From Anolis carolinensis (lineage: Eukaryota), in the NCBI RefSeq assembly GCF_035594765.1, contig NC_085843.1:220759971-220823970 (forward strand): 64,000 bases of DNA. Direction: 5' to 3'. Position 1 is the first letter of the stretch; every line of letters begins with the position of its first letter. This document shows positions 1 through 14,199 of the stretch, one piece after another. A program made the translations under genes and the position numbers. The notes beneath the pieces were generated by a model. The model made no database searches. It was given only the letters and a program-made list of their open reading frames with translations, and had not been told where the DNA came from.

Positions 1-161
1 TGACAATAATCTGTACAGAAATGGACACTAGAGGAAGTAAAACGAAGCTGGAATAAGAAATTGAATAAATAATTATCCTAGACCATATGGTAAGATTTCA
101 AAATGAACACTTTAAAAAAGTTCTGGTGTTTCCGTATTAACTAAGCGACTCAAATGTGAGG

Positions 162-405
162 AACAGCCAGCATGGTGTAGTTGTTTGAATGTTGGACTGG
201 GAAACTGGGGCACCAGGGGTTTGAATCCCCACTTGACCATGAAAACATACTGGGAGACCTTGGGCAAGTCATATTCTCCCAGCATCAGAAGAAGAGAAGG
301 GCAAAGCCCTTCTGAACAAATTCTGTGAAGAAAACCCTGCAATAGGTTTGCCTTAGGGTCATAATAAGTCAGAAATGTCTTGGAAGGCATGCCACAAAAC
401 AAGAA
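162..405 (+). mobile_element. Older tRNA-headed SINE with RTE/BovB-like tail (related copies ~5145-5360, 26170-26290, 54520-54725)
   Basis: A/B-box head (TGGTGTAG...TTGAATCCC), GACCTTGGGCAAGTCA core and a tail resembling ...cttgaaggcacacaacaa. Confidence 0.7.
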
Positions 406-1476
406 CAGCTAATAAGCAGATTGTCTGATTTACATATGGAACAGATTTATGCATGTCGTGGGTTGGTGGGATAGAAGATGATGTGCAATGTCACATGCTT
501 AAAAATTTTATTTACAAATTAAGATTTAGTGGGGATAAAACAAAAAAAATAGCAAGTATTGAGAACTTTATCACATTTTTAGAGAATAACAGATTTATGT
601 GAGGACTAAGTGATCTCTTTCACTTTACACAATTACAGTTCTTTGATGCCATCTGAACCTCCATGGTTCCATCCTATGGGAGTTTTTAATTTCTGAAGTA
701 TTTAGGATTCTCTGCCAGAGAGCACTATTGCATCTCCAAACTACAAACCCTACAGCAGCTAAGGTGGAATCATAGTGATGAAACTGCGTGTGTGAGAGAA
801 ACTAAATCTTTGTAGTACATCCCAAGCCTCCAACTAGAGTGCTAGTGGACCTGATCAAATCGAGTAGCAGCTTTGTAGCTCTCTTCTGGGTTCTCAGAGA
901 TGGGAGGGATGTTTCATGAGCAATAAAGGGGGGGGGGAGGAAAGGGCTGTGCACCCTTGACTTCCCCTTTGAAACTTCCCATTTTATGCCAGTTATATAT
1001 GTAAACTGAAACATTCATGTTCAGGAGATATGTATGGGTAAATATGTTCTCTCAAGGAGTATGTAAGCATAACATAGAGCAGATAAACTCACTGTCCATC
1101 TGTCATTCATACACTAAATATCAAATACTGTTTTCTATGCATTCATTTTATTTACCCTCCTGTAAATGTATTCACCCTCTGGCTTTCTTTTAATTGGATT
1201 TGCAAAAGATAAAATTCTTGATTTTACATTGTGGATACTGGAAAACAATAACTTAAATGCATTTAGATTAGGTGTAGAATTTTAAAAGCCTTTTTTCTTG
1301 TTGCAAAATTGATCGCATTTCCCTTTTTATTAATATATATAAAATCAGAATACAAATGCATAACTTACAGGACAATTTTGGGAAAAGGTTGAAGTAGAAT
1401 GGTCTGTTAAATGTTAGTGTGTATGTTTTAAACCACCATATGAAGTATAACTAAAGAAAATATCACATGGAATTAC

Positions 1477-1610
1477 CTTTTTATACTGGCCAAATGCTGT
1501 AAACTGAATGGCACCATATGGAAAGATTCTAATCATCATTGCTCCATTGCCTTTATATAAACCTAGGTAACCTTCTTTTTTTGGTACAGCACACAATGTA
1601 GAAATCACAC
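1477..1610 (-). CDS. SLC25A16: SLC25A16 exon 3 (134 bp); gene continues beyond the window start
   Basis: acag| acceptor and |GTAATT donor. Encodes (G)VISTLCAVPKKEGYLGLYKGNGAMMIRIFPYGAIQFTAFGQYKK with the EGxxGLYKG carrier motif. Confidence 0.96.
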
Positions 1611-4484
1611 CTGTCAGCAAAGAAAACACACATTTAAGCAATATTAATCTCAATATTATTGACCCAGCTACTGAGACCTGCTACATTCCACTGACTTGGT
1701 AATGCCACTAAGTTTGAAAAAACTCAAAAATAAAAAGGAGTCTGTGCTACTTAGTTACTGTAGTTTGAACTACACTAACATTCCTAGAGAACACCATAAC
1801 TTTGAAAAACTCAATGAAATTGTATACCAAAATTCCAAATACTTTTAATATAACTCACAGTCCAATATTTAAACAGTTTGCACATGTAAATAAATACAGA
1901 TGTGTAATTATCATAGTGGTTTGTTAATGTAATATTTATTTATTTCAGACATTTATATCCCGTCCCTCTAACTCCCGGGGGGTGGGGGGTGGGGGTGGGC
2001 GGGCACTTAGGGCAGCCTCACAATCAGCAATCATTAGATGCCATGCTGTATTACACAGCATGGGATTTTTCATTGGTTCCATTTCAAAAATATATATCAT
2101 TTTTACAATAATTTATATCTCAAAGTTAGGTACAGATGAAGAAAATACTCAAGATACATATACTACTGGAGATTCACTCATAATTTATCACACAGATCAG
2201 TTCACACATCAGGATATGCTTGGGGAACCATAACTAAATAAGGCACAAGCAACATGCTCATGAATGCTGGCTGGTTGCTCACAGTGCAAGCAAGCGTGGT
2301 CTTCTATCAGTGATGGTCTACTGCAATGGATGTAAAAGCCTAGCATTCCGGCTTTTCTCTCCTGATGAACTATAGCCATAAACGAAAAACAATCCACACT
2401 TTGTAACTGAATGAATGACCTGAAGTGAACCTGCAGTCATTGTTTGTGCTAACCAGGATGCATAAAGATGTTCACAACTTCATTTTATTTGTTAAACAAA
2501 AGTATCAACAAAAATTAAATCTCTCTTGTCATAAAAATAAAAACATTACAATTACATTTCATCATAAGCATGCAAAGCCTATGTTTATACTCTTGCCGAT
2601 TTAAAACAATTCACCCTAGTGCTAACTACAATTTAACATAATGCCTGGATTAAGAACCAAAAAAAAAAAACATTTTGTATGTTCTATAATCTCCAGAGCC
2701 ATGTGCACCAATAAAATGGACAAATAACACAAGAAAATGGACACAAGAAAAACTACACCACAGTCTATACGTTTGAAAACTAAGGACAGTACAAACTGAT
2801 AGTTTGATATATGACTCAAACTAAAGCCAAGCCTGAAGTCAGGAAAGACTTGTTTTCTGAATTCTGTTCTTTAACTACAAAGTCTATATAAATATCTACA
2901 CTGTTTGGGAAAAAAAAATATGCTTACCACATTTTCAAGTATCTAACCGACAAGTTTAGGAAGAGAAAGAAAAATTAAAAAATGACTTGAAAGACGAGGG
3001 GAAGGGGAAATAAAATGACCTGAGAAAGTGAATTGAGGACTGTGAGAAGAAATGGTGAGGAAGTGAATTTTAAAACATTACTAATAGCCTCATAAAAAAG
3101 GCAAGCAAGAACAAACCAACACAGCAAGCAAAGAAGAGGTAAACACATTAAAATAAATACGATTATTGAGATACAAAACAAAGATCAAAGCTAATGAAGG
3201 ACAGAGTCTGAAGGTAGAATTGGGAGAATAACAAGATGCAACAGCAGCCACAATAAACAATTTATATTAATGGAAGGTTGTCTTAACAGGAGGCTTAAGG
3301 ATAATCATTTTTTTAAAAATACAGCTAAGAGATCCACTGGAAATCACAGTGTGCCTATATGCAGGAGGCATATAAACATATAATGACATCTACAGTATGT
3401 CAGACTGTTCGATAAAAAAAAGACAGACGACAATCAGGCAAGTCAAAGCCAAGATTAAAGTACCCATTAAAGATCACTCCAAATGACAACTACAGATGAA
3501 AGATAAAGGAAGAAAAGAAAAAGACAGCCCTCAGACTCAAAACATGGAGAGGGAGGAAGTGTCACTGGGTTAAAATCAGACCATTAAAGAGGAAATGAAT
3601 TTACAAAACAGGGAAGGAAGACTTTGCTCAAACAGCCCATGCTGATGTTTACCCTGCCTCACCCATTTTGTATAACCTGTGTTTCATTCAGGGTCACATT
3701 TAGGTGGAATGTTTATAGGTCTGAAACAACTGTCAATTTAGTATGCTAGAATCAAATAAAAGTAAGTTTATGTTCTTTCTCTGGAAGCACAGAGGAGGGA
3801 AAGAGAAGAAGAAAGCGAGGGGAAAAGAGAGAAGCTTTTCCAGTGAATGCTACCGTCTCCTGTTGGCATACATTTTTCTCAAATCTGAACAAGCATTTCC
3901 CCAAAAAATACTCCATTTTTAACTCATGTATGCATGTGCTAAGCTGAAACATTCCTCAGCTTATTCTCTATCACTCAGGAGAAAATATTTCTAAAGATGG
4001 TGATTGCTGCATGCAGATTTTCCTTTTGTATGTTTTAAAAAGAGGGTATTTTAAAATGTACTTGCTTAGTTCATCAAATTATTATTTACCCAATCACCCG
4101 TCATACAGCAAAGCCTTCATTTTTTGCTGTACTATAAATGTCTATTGTACAACCTTTTTAGTCACAAGACCCACATATGGGATATCTTGGGGGAAGAAAT
4201 GCACATTCACACATATAAAACACACATTTTATCAATTTGGCTATTTTCACCATCTAGCGTGTAAAACACTGCTTGTTATTGTGCATACCAGTGGTTCCCA
4301 ACCTTTGGGCCTTCAGGTGTTTTGGATTTCAGCTCCCACAGTTCCTAACAGCTGGTAAGATGGCTGGGATTTCCGGGAGTTAAAGTCCAAAACACCTGGA
4401 GGCCCAAAGGTTGGGAACCACTGGTTTATACCTACTCAAAAGTAAGCTGTAGTGCAACTATTTTCCAGCATGGAATGTTAAGCT

Positions 4485-4708
4485 TAATTTTTATACATGG
4501 TTACTCAGAAAGAAACCAAGAAATATTGTAGGAAAATTGTTTTTTAAATTATGACCCTGTAATTTAAACTCCTTCCCCTTGCCCTATCACTTTGAATAAT
4601 TTTTATACATGGTTACTCAGAAAGAAACCAGGAAATATTGTAGGAAAATTGATTTTTAAATTATTACCCTGTAATTTAAACACCTTCCCCTTGCCCTATC
4701 ACTTTGAA
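4485..4708. repeat. 112-bp tandem duplication
   Basis: Units 4485-4596 and 4597-4708 with few mismatches; taattt microhomology at the junctions. Confidence 0.93.
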
Positions 4709-6084
4709 TAATTTTAAATGTGTTTTTTTTCTAAAACAGTATTTAAAAGTTGCATTCTTTAATTGTTCTTATCCCCAATTACAGGCTGAAGGCAAGAATT
4801 GAGTTTTTGTGTTTAGTATTGAAAAAAGCCTACTGTCCCAAGGCTACAACAGTCATTTCCTTGGAACTGGTAGGTAGGTGATGGCTGCACAACTTACAGT
4901 GAGCACCATAAATTGGTTGAATAATTACTGTTTTTGTCAGCTGGGCAAGATGAGTAAATAATGGCATTGTGAGAAAACTTCTTTCAAATGACTACACTGT
5001 GATGAAATACATCACGATAACATCACCAATGGAAGCAATAAATAGAGTATCCTCACATGCTACTGTGTTTTTTCATCGGACTGCATTAAATAAAGGGTTT
5101 CACAAATTTTGGCTGGGATGTATGATGATATTAACATTAGGAAAGCCAGCAGGACGTAGTGACTTGAGTGCTTGCCTATGGGTTCAAATCCCCACATGGC
5201 AATGAAATTCACTGGGTGACCTTGGGCATGTCACACTCTCTCAGCCTCAGAAGGCGGCTATAACAACCAGACTCTAAACAATTTATTTCACCAAAACCCT
5301 GTGACTGCTGCCCCTTAGAGTCGGCATGGGTCAGAAACTATGTAAAGGTGTAACAACAAAACATCTGTAACAGCTGGGACCCTGTTCCTCCCTCAGTGTA
5401 CTCTTAGACATGTACACTAAAAAAAAAAAGGCTCATTATGTTTAATTATTCTTAAGCCGACGTAAGTATATATTAACTCTGCAGTCCAGAACACAATACT
5501 TGTTAGGTCAGTTACAATTTCCTGCTCTGTTCTCCATGATGCAACTGAGCTGGAGAAAAGGAGGAATCAGACCATTGCTCTGGCAATCAGAAAACACTTC
5601 TTCCTCAACTTATAGTGCCAAACTTCAGACCAAAAAGGCAAAGTGGGGCCTCCTTTGGCAGCAAATAATCAATGTGCACTGAGAAGCTATGCTATTCACT
5701 AACCCAAAAGATAGTTATAGTTTTACTCTCCAAAGTCAGGGGGAAAACACAGGCCTTTGTTCTGGTGGCAGAAGTTAGTAGAAATGATCAAAAGGCTTTT
5801 GTCTCCATTGTCCAAAACTTCAGTTTTACCTTTCTATTCCCCAGTTCTGGAAGTGAGCAGAAGAGAACATGGAACACTTCTGCTACCCATTAGCCAGATG
5901 CCCTGTCCTACCTCTCTTTCCAACCTGGAGCTAAAGAGGGAAACAGGCATTTAATTGGGCACTGAAAAACTCAACATATTATAGCCACTGGGGATATCTC
6001 TACCTTTTCTCAATTTCATGCCAGGTATGTGAGGATGCTGCATTTCATCATCTGTGCTATAAGGTGGTGGGTTGTTGTTGTTGT

Positions 6085-6640
6085 TATTATTATTATTAAC
6101 TTTATTTATACCCCGCCTTTCTCCCCATGGGAACTCAAGGCAGCTAATAATCCACACCAGACAAGTTAAAAAGTGCAATACAAAAGTTAAAAAACAATTA
6201 AGTAGTAATAGTGTGGTAAAAACATAATTAAAATATAATAAATACACTAAAATGGCCTTTAAAACTCATATTCCCTTAATCCCACCCTATCTCTCCAAAG
6301 ACTGCCTCTTCCCCAAATGCCTATTGGTAGAAGAAGGTTTTGACCTCCTTACAGAAGGCCAGCAGGGATGGGACCATCCTGGTCTCTCTGGGGAGGGTGT
6401 TACACAGCCTGGGAGCAGCCACCGAAAAGGCCTTCCCCCATGTTCACACCAAGTGCACTTGAGCAGGTGGTGGGACCGAGATAAGGCCTTCCCCAGTAGA
6501 TCATAGATGTCTCCCAGGTTCATAGAAAGAGATACAGCCCTTCAGATAATCTGGACCAGAGCCATATAGGGCTTTGTAGGTCAAAACCAGCACTTTGAAT
6601 TGTGCTTGGAAACATGATGGCAGCCAGTGGCGTTATCACA
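6085..6640 (-). mobile_element. L2 LINE 3' end
   Basis: TTCAAAGTGCTGG...TACAAAGCCC motif and L2 tail on the minus strand. Confidence 0.75.
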
Positions 6641-8663
6641 ATAGTAAGGAAACTCTATCAATCCTTGAAGGCTTGGAAAAAATTATCCTAGTGATTGCTA
6701 TTAGGAGCTGTATGAAATAATTGTGTATAAATATAATATTATTGATAAAGAGTTATCCTTAGTTTACAATATCAATAATATCATATATTTAAAAGATTAC
6801 ATAGTAAAACTGCAATTATTCTTTCTTCCACTGCACTTCCTAAATAGTCACAGCATATACTGTTTCCTTTCAAATACGAATCACAAAACGTATTACAAAA
6901 TTTACTAATTCTTTCTTTGGGAATAGATTGATCTCCATTTCTCTAACTGTTGGATCTTTATCACTGATTCTCTTATTTGTTTTGGTCTTGTTTGCTTTGG
7001 CCATTCGTTTTATTTATTAATCTGAGTTTCCTAAAATAGACATGGTTACTGGAGATTTCTATCTGTATAAGCCAATGTAAATTTTGAAAGAGATGAACCA
7101 GAAAAAAGTTCTCAAAAAGATTTCGTTTTGTTAATGTTATACAGAGTAGTTGAAGACTCTGTAAACCAAATGAATGAATATCTGATGTTCTTTTATGGGA
7201 TTATTCATATTGCAGTGACCATGTATTTTTAATATTTGCACAAATACAATTATATTCAATCAAACCACTTGGAAGTGAAGCATTTTGAGGCTTGTAATCC
7301 AATTTTTCAGGATGTATTCCTGTTTAAGAAATACTGAAGTACAATTATTTTACCATAAGATTTTCAGTCTTCTGTTCATTGAACCAAAATCTATATATCT
7401 ACAAGTACTAAGATTGGATAGTCTACAAAAACATTTTTTTATTTTTGAGGAAGGTTCAGAAACATACTTGCATGGTTATTTTTAAGTAGGGGAGTAGAAA
7501 GGCTTGTCTGAATACAACCCTAGAGAAGTGCATGAAAACAAGAATAAACTGATATGATGAAAAATAAAGACAATAAATAAAAAATCTAGAACTAATGTGG
7601 TAAAATGAGCGCACAAAAGTGTTAGACAAAAATGCAAAGGAGCAGTACAGGGAAATACAGTAGTGAATAAAATACAAACTATGAAAGACATCTTAAATTT
7701 TATGAACTGAGAGAAGATAAAGAGTGCAAGTGACCTATGCTGTATTTCAAAGATGATGAATTATGGTTAAGAAAGGGACTTGTCCAGAGACAATTGTATT
7801 CCTAAATCAGGCTCCCAATTCATTAATTTTGGCAATGACTCTATCATATTTCTACTTCCATGTGAATAAGCCACATTCAGATCAATGGGGCTTACATATA
7901 CTATAGAGTGACTGAACACTCTAGATATGGGTCAAGGCTGTACCAACACAATTACAATTACAATAATTGCAATGAAGAGACATGTAGTCTACAAACACTG
8001 ATCTTCACTTGATGGATTTCAACCTGAAGGCAAGTTGCAGTACCAGCATATTATACAAATACATAATAATGATTAGAAGGCTCACTCATATTCATCTTTG
8101 AGCTCGAATATAAATCTTAGATATGAAAAGACTGACTAGCATCCAATAGTTAAAACCCAACAATTTCAATAAACTCAAACATCTGTACATATCTATGGTG
8201 CTAATACTGTACGATCATTTAAAAACATTTGGACTTCTTTTTCCACATGGATTCATTGGCAAATATGTATCCAATCATTCAAGATTAGTAAAAATCAGAG
8301 TGTTATGTGCACCCTATTGTTTAACAACGTAATTTTAGCCATGTTTTGTGCCAGTACTGTCATTCAGAATTGAGCTTTGAAGAGAACACCATACGATCTA
8401 AACTGAAGTATGTCCTGAACTGCTGCATTTGTTGAAAGGAATAGCAAAAGCAGCTTGAAATTTTCCTTCCCCTCTGTTTGTACAGTGATGAATTCTAAAG
8501 AACCCAAAAGCTTAAACCACCTTTTATGCATCCCTCTCAAAACATTTTAGTAGATATTAATAAAAGTTATTGCCATCTTTGAGTCTTCCAAACGAAGTCT
8601 ACATCCGTTACAAATAATACAAATTGCATTAGGCTCCATGAACATATACAGAAATTTTCTTAC

Positions 8664-8756
8664 CTAAATGTTTGTAATGATGGTTATGAGCTTGCAACAA
8701 AATCTTTACTCGATCCAACGGTGCAATTGTTGTTTTGGCACAACATCCTGCAACGC
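8664..8756 (-). CDS. SLC25A16: SLC25A16 exon 2 (93 bp)
   Basis: Not in the ORF track; read by hand between an aag| acceptor and a |GTAAG donor. Encodes (G)VAGCCAKTTIAPLDRVKILLQAHNHHYKHL(G), containing the carrier signature PxDxxK. Phases fit exons 1 and 3. Confidence 0.96.
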
Positions 8757-11514
8757 CTTTCAAACAGACAAAAACGAACAGAGTTTAATCAATACTAAAT
8801 GACCCGGTCTAATAAAATATTGCACAAGAGTTATTTTTAAAACTTTTATCTATTTGAGGTTCAGTCCACACCCGGTGAGCATGATTCTCCTCATGCACTG
8901 GTTATGATCTTTGTTGGCAAAATACTTTTGTTATTACTCAATTCTGATAAATTGAACAGCAAACTAAAAGAAGACTTCACCTCACAGAAACCGCAAAAGT
9001 ACTTTTCAGGGCATAACCCTGTCCTTCAGTATGGTCCTGTCCTTCTTGAAAGGCCTTTCTAAATTGGTTTTATGAGTCTGACCCTACAAAAATGTGAGAT
9101 TCTAGCACAGTACCAAAGAGCAGGAGAGTCACTAGAGTTGGTGCCATCCAGTTCAGGGAAGGAAGCAGCTCCTGGCCACTGGGAGTTTACATGGCCCTGG
9201 GCTCCAGAAAATCAGCCCACTCACTGCCCTGGGGAGCCCAGCCAGTGGCCTCTGCCTTTTTCCTCCAAATCAGTACTAACATGAGTCAGGTAGGCACTAT
9301 TAGTGCTGTGGGAGCAGAAGGAAATACTGCACAAGATGCTTGTTCTGGTTGGAAATCTGCTTCCCCATTTGCTATTGTCCCAACAGAAGATTCCCCCTCC
9401 TCAGCCAGTGGCTTTCATTTGAAAAACACAGCCACATTGGGTTAGTTCCTAGTTCAGAATTGAAAGAGGAAAGGATACTAGAGGCAAGAGGGGTCAGACT
9501 CACTAGGGTCGAGAAGGGAGGGGAGAACCACTGCTCCCCCTCTTACCATCTGAAGCAGGTGGAGGGGCAGGGATGGTGCTCCCTCTGGGCAAGAATGTCA
9601 TTTTGGTATTATCCCCTCTGATAGCCTCCCTTGTTCAAAACCTTTCTCAGTCAGGATGCTAATATGAGCAGGTAAGCCAGTTTTTACTTCTGCTCATTTA
9701 GCATTCCTAAACCTCAATTTAGTAGGTTGCAATCCACTACCAAGTCATCCTCCATAGCAATTATTCTCTTACTTATACAGCTGTGCTAATGTTACAAAAC
9801 AGATGAACATATTCTTCCAAAAGCAAATTATATTAGATGGCTATCCTATCACTGAAACAATAATATTCTTATCAGTTCCTTTGTAATGTAGGCACTCTTA
9901 AAAGTTATGATTACTGGTACTTGGACTGGAAAAATTGAACCACTGTGCACTGTAGGACAATAATAAATACTTTGCCCATAGCCAAAACTTCTTTAAATAC
10001 AGAATTTTATATCTGATGTTAATTCCACCAGAATCATCCTCCCTGCCTCCCTTTCCCACCACTACAACTTTCCTGTGCATCCCACAAATCGATTCAAAGA
10101 GCTAAAAAAAGTTTTGAAGTGTGTGTGGTGGGGGAGGGGGGTTGAGGCCATGGAAAGTTGCAGTTAGAGGGGAAAGACAACAATATATTCATTGGCACCA
10201 GATACTGAAGTATGCCGTTGGATTTTGGCTGGTACATATAATGAATGTACTACACAAAGTATCCTGTTCTAGACAGTCAGCACTTAGATTGCATATCCTT
10301 TGTGATGTCCAGCAAATCCCCTTATCTTCAAAAGAATGTCTGAATTTCCCCATATCTTCTCCAAAGTGTGAAAAACCTAATATTTCTGAATGGGTGAGTG
10401 AGTGAAAATTAATCTTGTGGGATAGACAATATGTAGTGCTACAGGGCCAATTTCCTGAAAATTGGATTTGTAATTAAGTAACCAGACAACCTTTGGCAAG
10501 TTGTTGCATCTTCCAAATATGCATCTCTCTGCACTACAGAGCTTGTAAGTCTTTGAAAAAATGTTTGTCAACTCAAAATCTTAGTAATTCCACTTTCCCC
10601 ATTGTTTTGGGAACCAGAATAAGTTTTATAGCTGAATCAAAATTGTGTCAGAGATCTAAATAGGTTCAAGTGTCTTCTTCTATAACATGGTTCAGCTCCC
10701 AAATAATGGTTGTGTTAATTACATCAAAAAACTTAACCAGAAGTCTGTATGTACGTAACTTCAAAAATATTCTTCAACCACATAGTCAATATAATGTACC
10801 AAACTGACTGCAAACTATTTAAAATTCCCAGTTCTTCTCCAATGATATATAGCTATCATTTCAACTAATTTGAACTTTCATTCCACACTGATTCGCTATA
10901 AATCCTATGTCATTTTTTTTCAAGAACAGCCTATTGCTTATCATAGTGATTTTTACCACAAACCAAAACTGTTGCAGAAACAATTATAACACTTTTCCTG
11001 GTTCATGGGTTAACACACCCTTTTCATATGTGGGTTATAGGTATGAATACAAAACTCTTATGAGACAAATACTGTTTACATAAGCTTATGCCCTAGTAAT
11101 TTTGCTCAACATTAAGGAAGAAGGGACAGCGGACACTGTACTAATCTGTTGTTTATTTTAGACATTCCCTGATAATATTTACCAAAAGGTCAGGGAAAAA
11201 CAAAAGTTGCTGTTCATGTCATGGATACTCAAAGAGCTAGCAACCCCAGGGTTCCTACCTAGAGGAGGGGTGTGTGGATGTAGATGTGCATATGCGTCTG
11301 CCTTCAAATCATGTTTTATTATGCAAGTACAGAGGTAGTTTTGAAAGCTCCTTCCTCTGAAAGGTGGTCTCCAGTATCTAGTATTCCTTGGCAGTCTTCT
11401 ATCCGGGAACCAATCAGGGCTAACCCTGCTTATCTTCCAAGATCAGAGAGGATCTGGGTATGCAGGGATGACCATTTGAACACCTAATATAAAATTGTCA
11501 TTAAAGATTCAATT

Positions 11515-12370
11515 TGTTGTTGTCATTAACTGCTGTCAAGTCAACTTCAAACTATGGCAATCCTGCTAATGAGTCACCCAATCCTTAAGAGCCCTGCGGA
11601 GGTCTTGCAGACACAGGGCTGTGACTCCCTCCGTATTTTTTCTATTCCTACAATATTCCACTTCACCAAGCATTATTGTCTTTTCTCCTGAGTCATGATG
11701 TTTCATTACAGAGCCAAAATATGACATTCTCAGTTTAATCATACTGGCTTCTAGGGCCAGTTCAGGCTGGATTTACTTGGACTCATTTATTTATCTTCTT
11801 AACAGTCCACAGAACCTGTAGAACACTTCTTCAGCACCAAAAACTCAAAGGAGTTGATTCTCTTTCTATCTACCTTCACCATCTAGCTTTCCCAACCATA
11901 CACAGAAATAGGAAATACAATGACATAAACCATCCTGACTTTAGTCTCCAGATTGAAACATCATTTTAAAACCATTTTAAGAATTGTAACTGTTTTCTTT
12001 TTAATACTATTTAATTTTAATTTTATTTAAAAGTTTGTATAGTTTAGGTTTTAAATTGTATTTCATTTTGTTTTACTGTAAGCAGCTTTGAAGGTTTTTT
12101 TGTAGAGAAAGAAAGTGGGAATAATTAATAATAATAATAATTACATTTCATGTAATAGTTCCTTCATAGCTAGCCTTCAAAGTCTCAGTTTTATTCTGAT
12201 TTCTTGACTTCAGCCAACACAATATTCTGATTCATGGCTGATCCAAAGTATGTCAAATCTCAAAGCATTTCAGTGTCATCTTTATCTACTTTAGCTACGC
12301 AATCATTAAATCATTATTATAACATGTATTCTTCAGTGTAAATGTAGTTATTTAGCCTTCATATAATAAC
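11515..12370 (-). mobile_element. RTE-BovB LINE 3' fragment (second copy ~52920-53580)
   Basis: The two copies share caagcattattg.cttttct..tgagtcatg and ccagctttc.caacc.ta, characteristic of BovB 3' regions, plus a (CAA)n-type tail. Confidence 0.7.
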
Positions 12371-12489
12371 CACAGCTACTATTAGCTGTTAAAGGGTGCA
12401 TGCATGAGAAGGGGGCACTGTGTGTACACCAAAACCTACAGCAAGCACAGAATGAGGTCTCCACCCAAGCCCAGTATACAATAGCCCTT

Positions 12490-12880
12490 TAGTTATACAG
12501 TGGCAGATAGGAAGGCCCTCCAAAGGGTCATCACTTCTGCACAGCAAATCATTGGTTGCTCTCTCCCCTCTTTGGAAGAACTTTACTATTCCCGCTGCCT
12601 TAAGAAAGCTCAGAGCAAGAATGCTCGGCATATTCTTTTTGAATTATTGCCATCTGGAAGACGGTACAGGGTCACAAAGACAAGGACAAACAGACTGAAG
12701 GATAGTTTTTATCCCATTGTTGTGGCTATGTTGAACTCCATGGTTTCCCACTGATGTGGCATTGGGGGCTGCGTGGTGGGGATGTAGAGGGATGGGTGTG
12801 TTGTTTTGTGATGTGTACGGAGGAAGACATGTCACTTCATTGTGCTATAGCTCAATTACAAATAAAGCGATTCTATTCTA
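12490..12880 (+). mobile_element. Rex1/Babar LINE 3' fragment
   Basis: ADRKALQRVITSAQQIIGCSLPSLEELY...LLPSGRRYR...RLKDSFYP, typical of the Rex1 C-terminus, followed by 3' UTR and AATAAA. Confidence 0.8.
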
Positions 12881-12919
12881 GTTCCCATTCACATCCACTC
12901 GAAGAAGACAATGATGTGT

Positions 12920-13500
12920 CCAAAGCCGGGGCCAATAGTGTGTTCCTTGCCAGCCCCTGCAGGCAAAAAAACTCAGCCAGCTGAAGCCAGGGCCAATGGG
13001 GGTCCCTTGCCAGCCAACAACAGAAGCAAGGGGGGGGGGGGGTCCTTGCAATTCGCTGGAAGTACAAAAGGGGAACCAGTTGAAGCCAGGGTCAATAATG
13101 AAGGCACAGAAATTCAGGTTAACTAAAGCCAGGGGCTTTCTCTGTGGGCAGAGAAAGCTAGCTAGCCAGTCAGGGGCAATCAGGGGTCCCTTGCCAGCTC
13201 CTGGGGGCACAGAAGTGCTGCTGACCAAAGCCAGAGGCAAAAGAGGGCCCCTGCCATCCTCTGGGGTACAGAGTGCCAGCCAGCCAAAACCAGAGCTAAT
13301 ACAAGATCCCTTGCCAGCTCCTAAGGGCACACAAGGCCAACTAGCCCAAACCAGGGCCAACAGGGGTCATCTGCCAGCCCTTGTGGGGTAGAGAAACCTA
13401 GCCAGGAAATCCCGAGGTAATGAGGTGTCCCTTTCCAGTACTTGGGGGCACAAAAAGTCAGTCAACCAAAGCCAAATGCTAAAGCAGCCTTTTGCTGGTT
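12920..13500. repeat. Degenerate GC-rich minisatellite (~55-65 bp units); related tract 15345-15575
   Basis: Recurrent ggggtcccttgccagc...ggggcacaga...aagccagg motifs. Confidence 0.7.
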
Positions 13501-13504
13501 TCTT

Positions 13505-14170
13505 GTGGGTGGCCGGGAGGGCCTTGGCACAATTAAAACTTGTGTGTCAACTGCGCCTGTTCCTTGAGAAGCCAGATCTGGTCATGGTGGTCCATGCCTT
13601 AGTTACATCCCTTCTGGATTATTGTAACGCGCTGTACATGGGGCTGCCACTGATAAGTGCTTGGAAACTTCAGCTGGTACAAAGAACCACAGCCAGGTTG
13701 CTAACTGGGGCTGGCTAAAGGGAGCAGGCAACCCGCCTCCTGCAGCAGCTGAAATGGCTGCCAGTCTGTTTCCGGGCACAATTCAAAGTGCTGGTTATGA
13801 ACTTTAAAGCCTAGAGGTTCAGGTCCAGGCTATTTGGCCAATCGCATTTCCTTCTACCAACTGCCCAGGCCCTGAGACCTTCAGGAGAGGCCCTTCTCTC
13901 TGTCCCACCTCCATCTCAAGCCTGGTTTGTGGGAACAGGAGAGAGCCTTCTCGGTTGCTGCCCCTCAACTCTGGAACTGTCTTCTTCCCAGGGAAGCCAG
14001 AATGGTCCCCTCCTTGCTGTCCTTCGGAGGCAGGCTAACACCTTTTATTTAGACAGGTCTTTAAAGATGAAGGTTCTTAAGATCAATTCGGGGGTGCTGT
14101 GGTTTTTAACTCTGAATTTGTTTTAATGGTTTTTAACTGGGAATTTTTAAATACTGTTTATATTTAATCC
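13505..14170 (+). mobile_element. L2 LINE 3' fragment
   Basis: AQLKLVCQLR...VVHALVTSLLDYCNALYMGLP...LQLVQ..ARLLTG. Confidence 0.88.
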
Positions 14171-14199
14171 TGTTTTAATGTTCATATATTTAATAATAA

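Noticed and set aside
6640-7300. Possible degenerate L1 ORF2 fragments (also ~40290-40520)
   Set aside because: Suggestive composition only; not supportable without a search.
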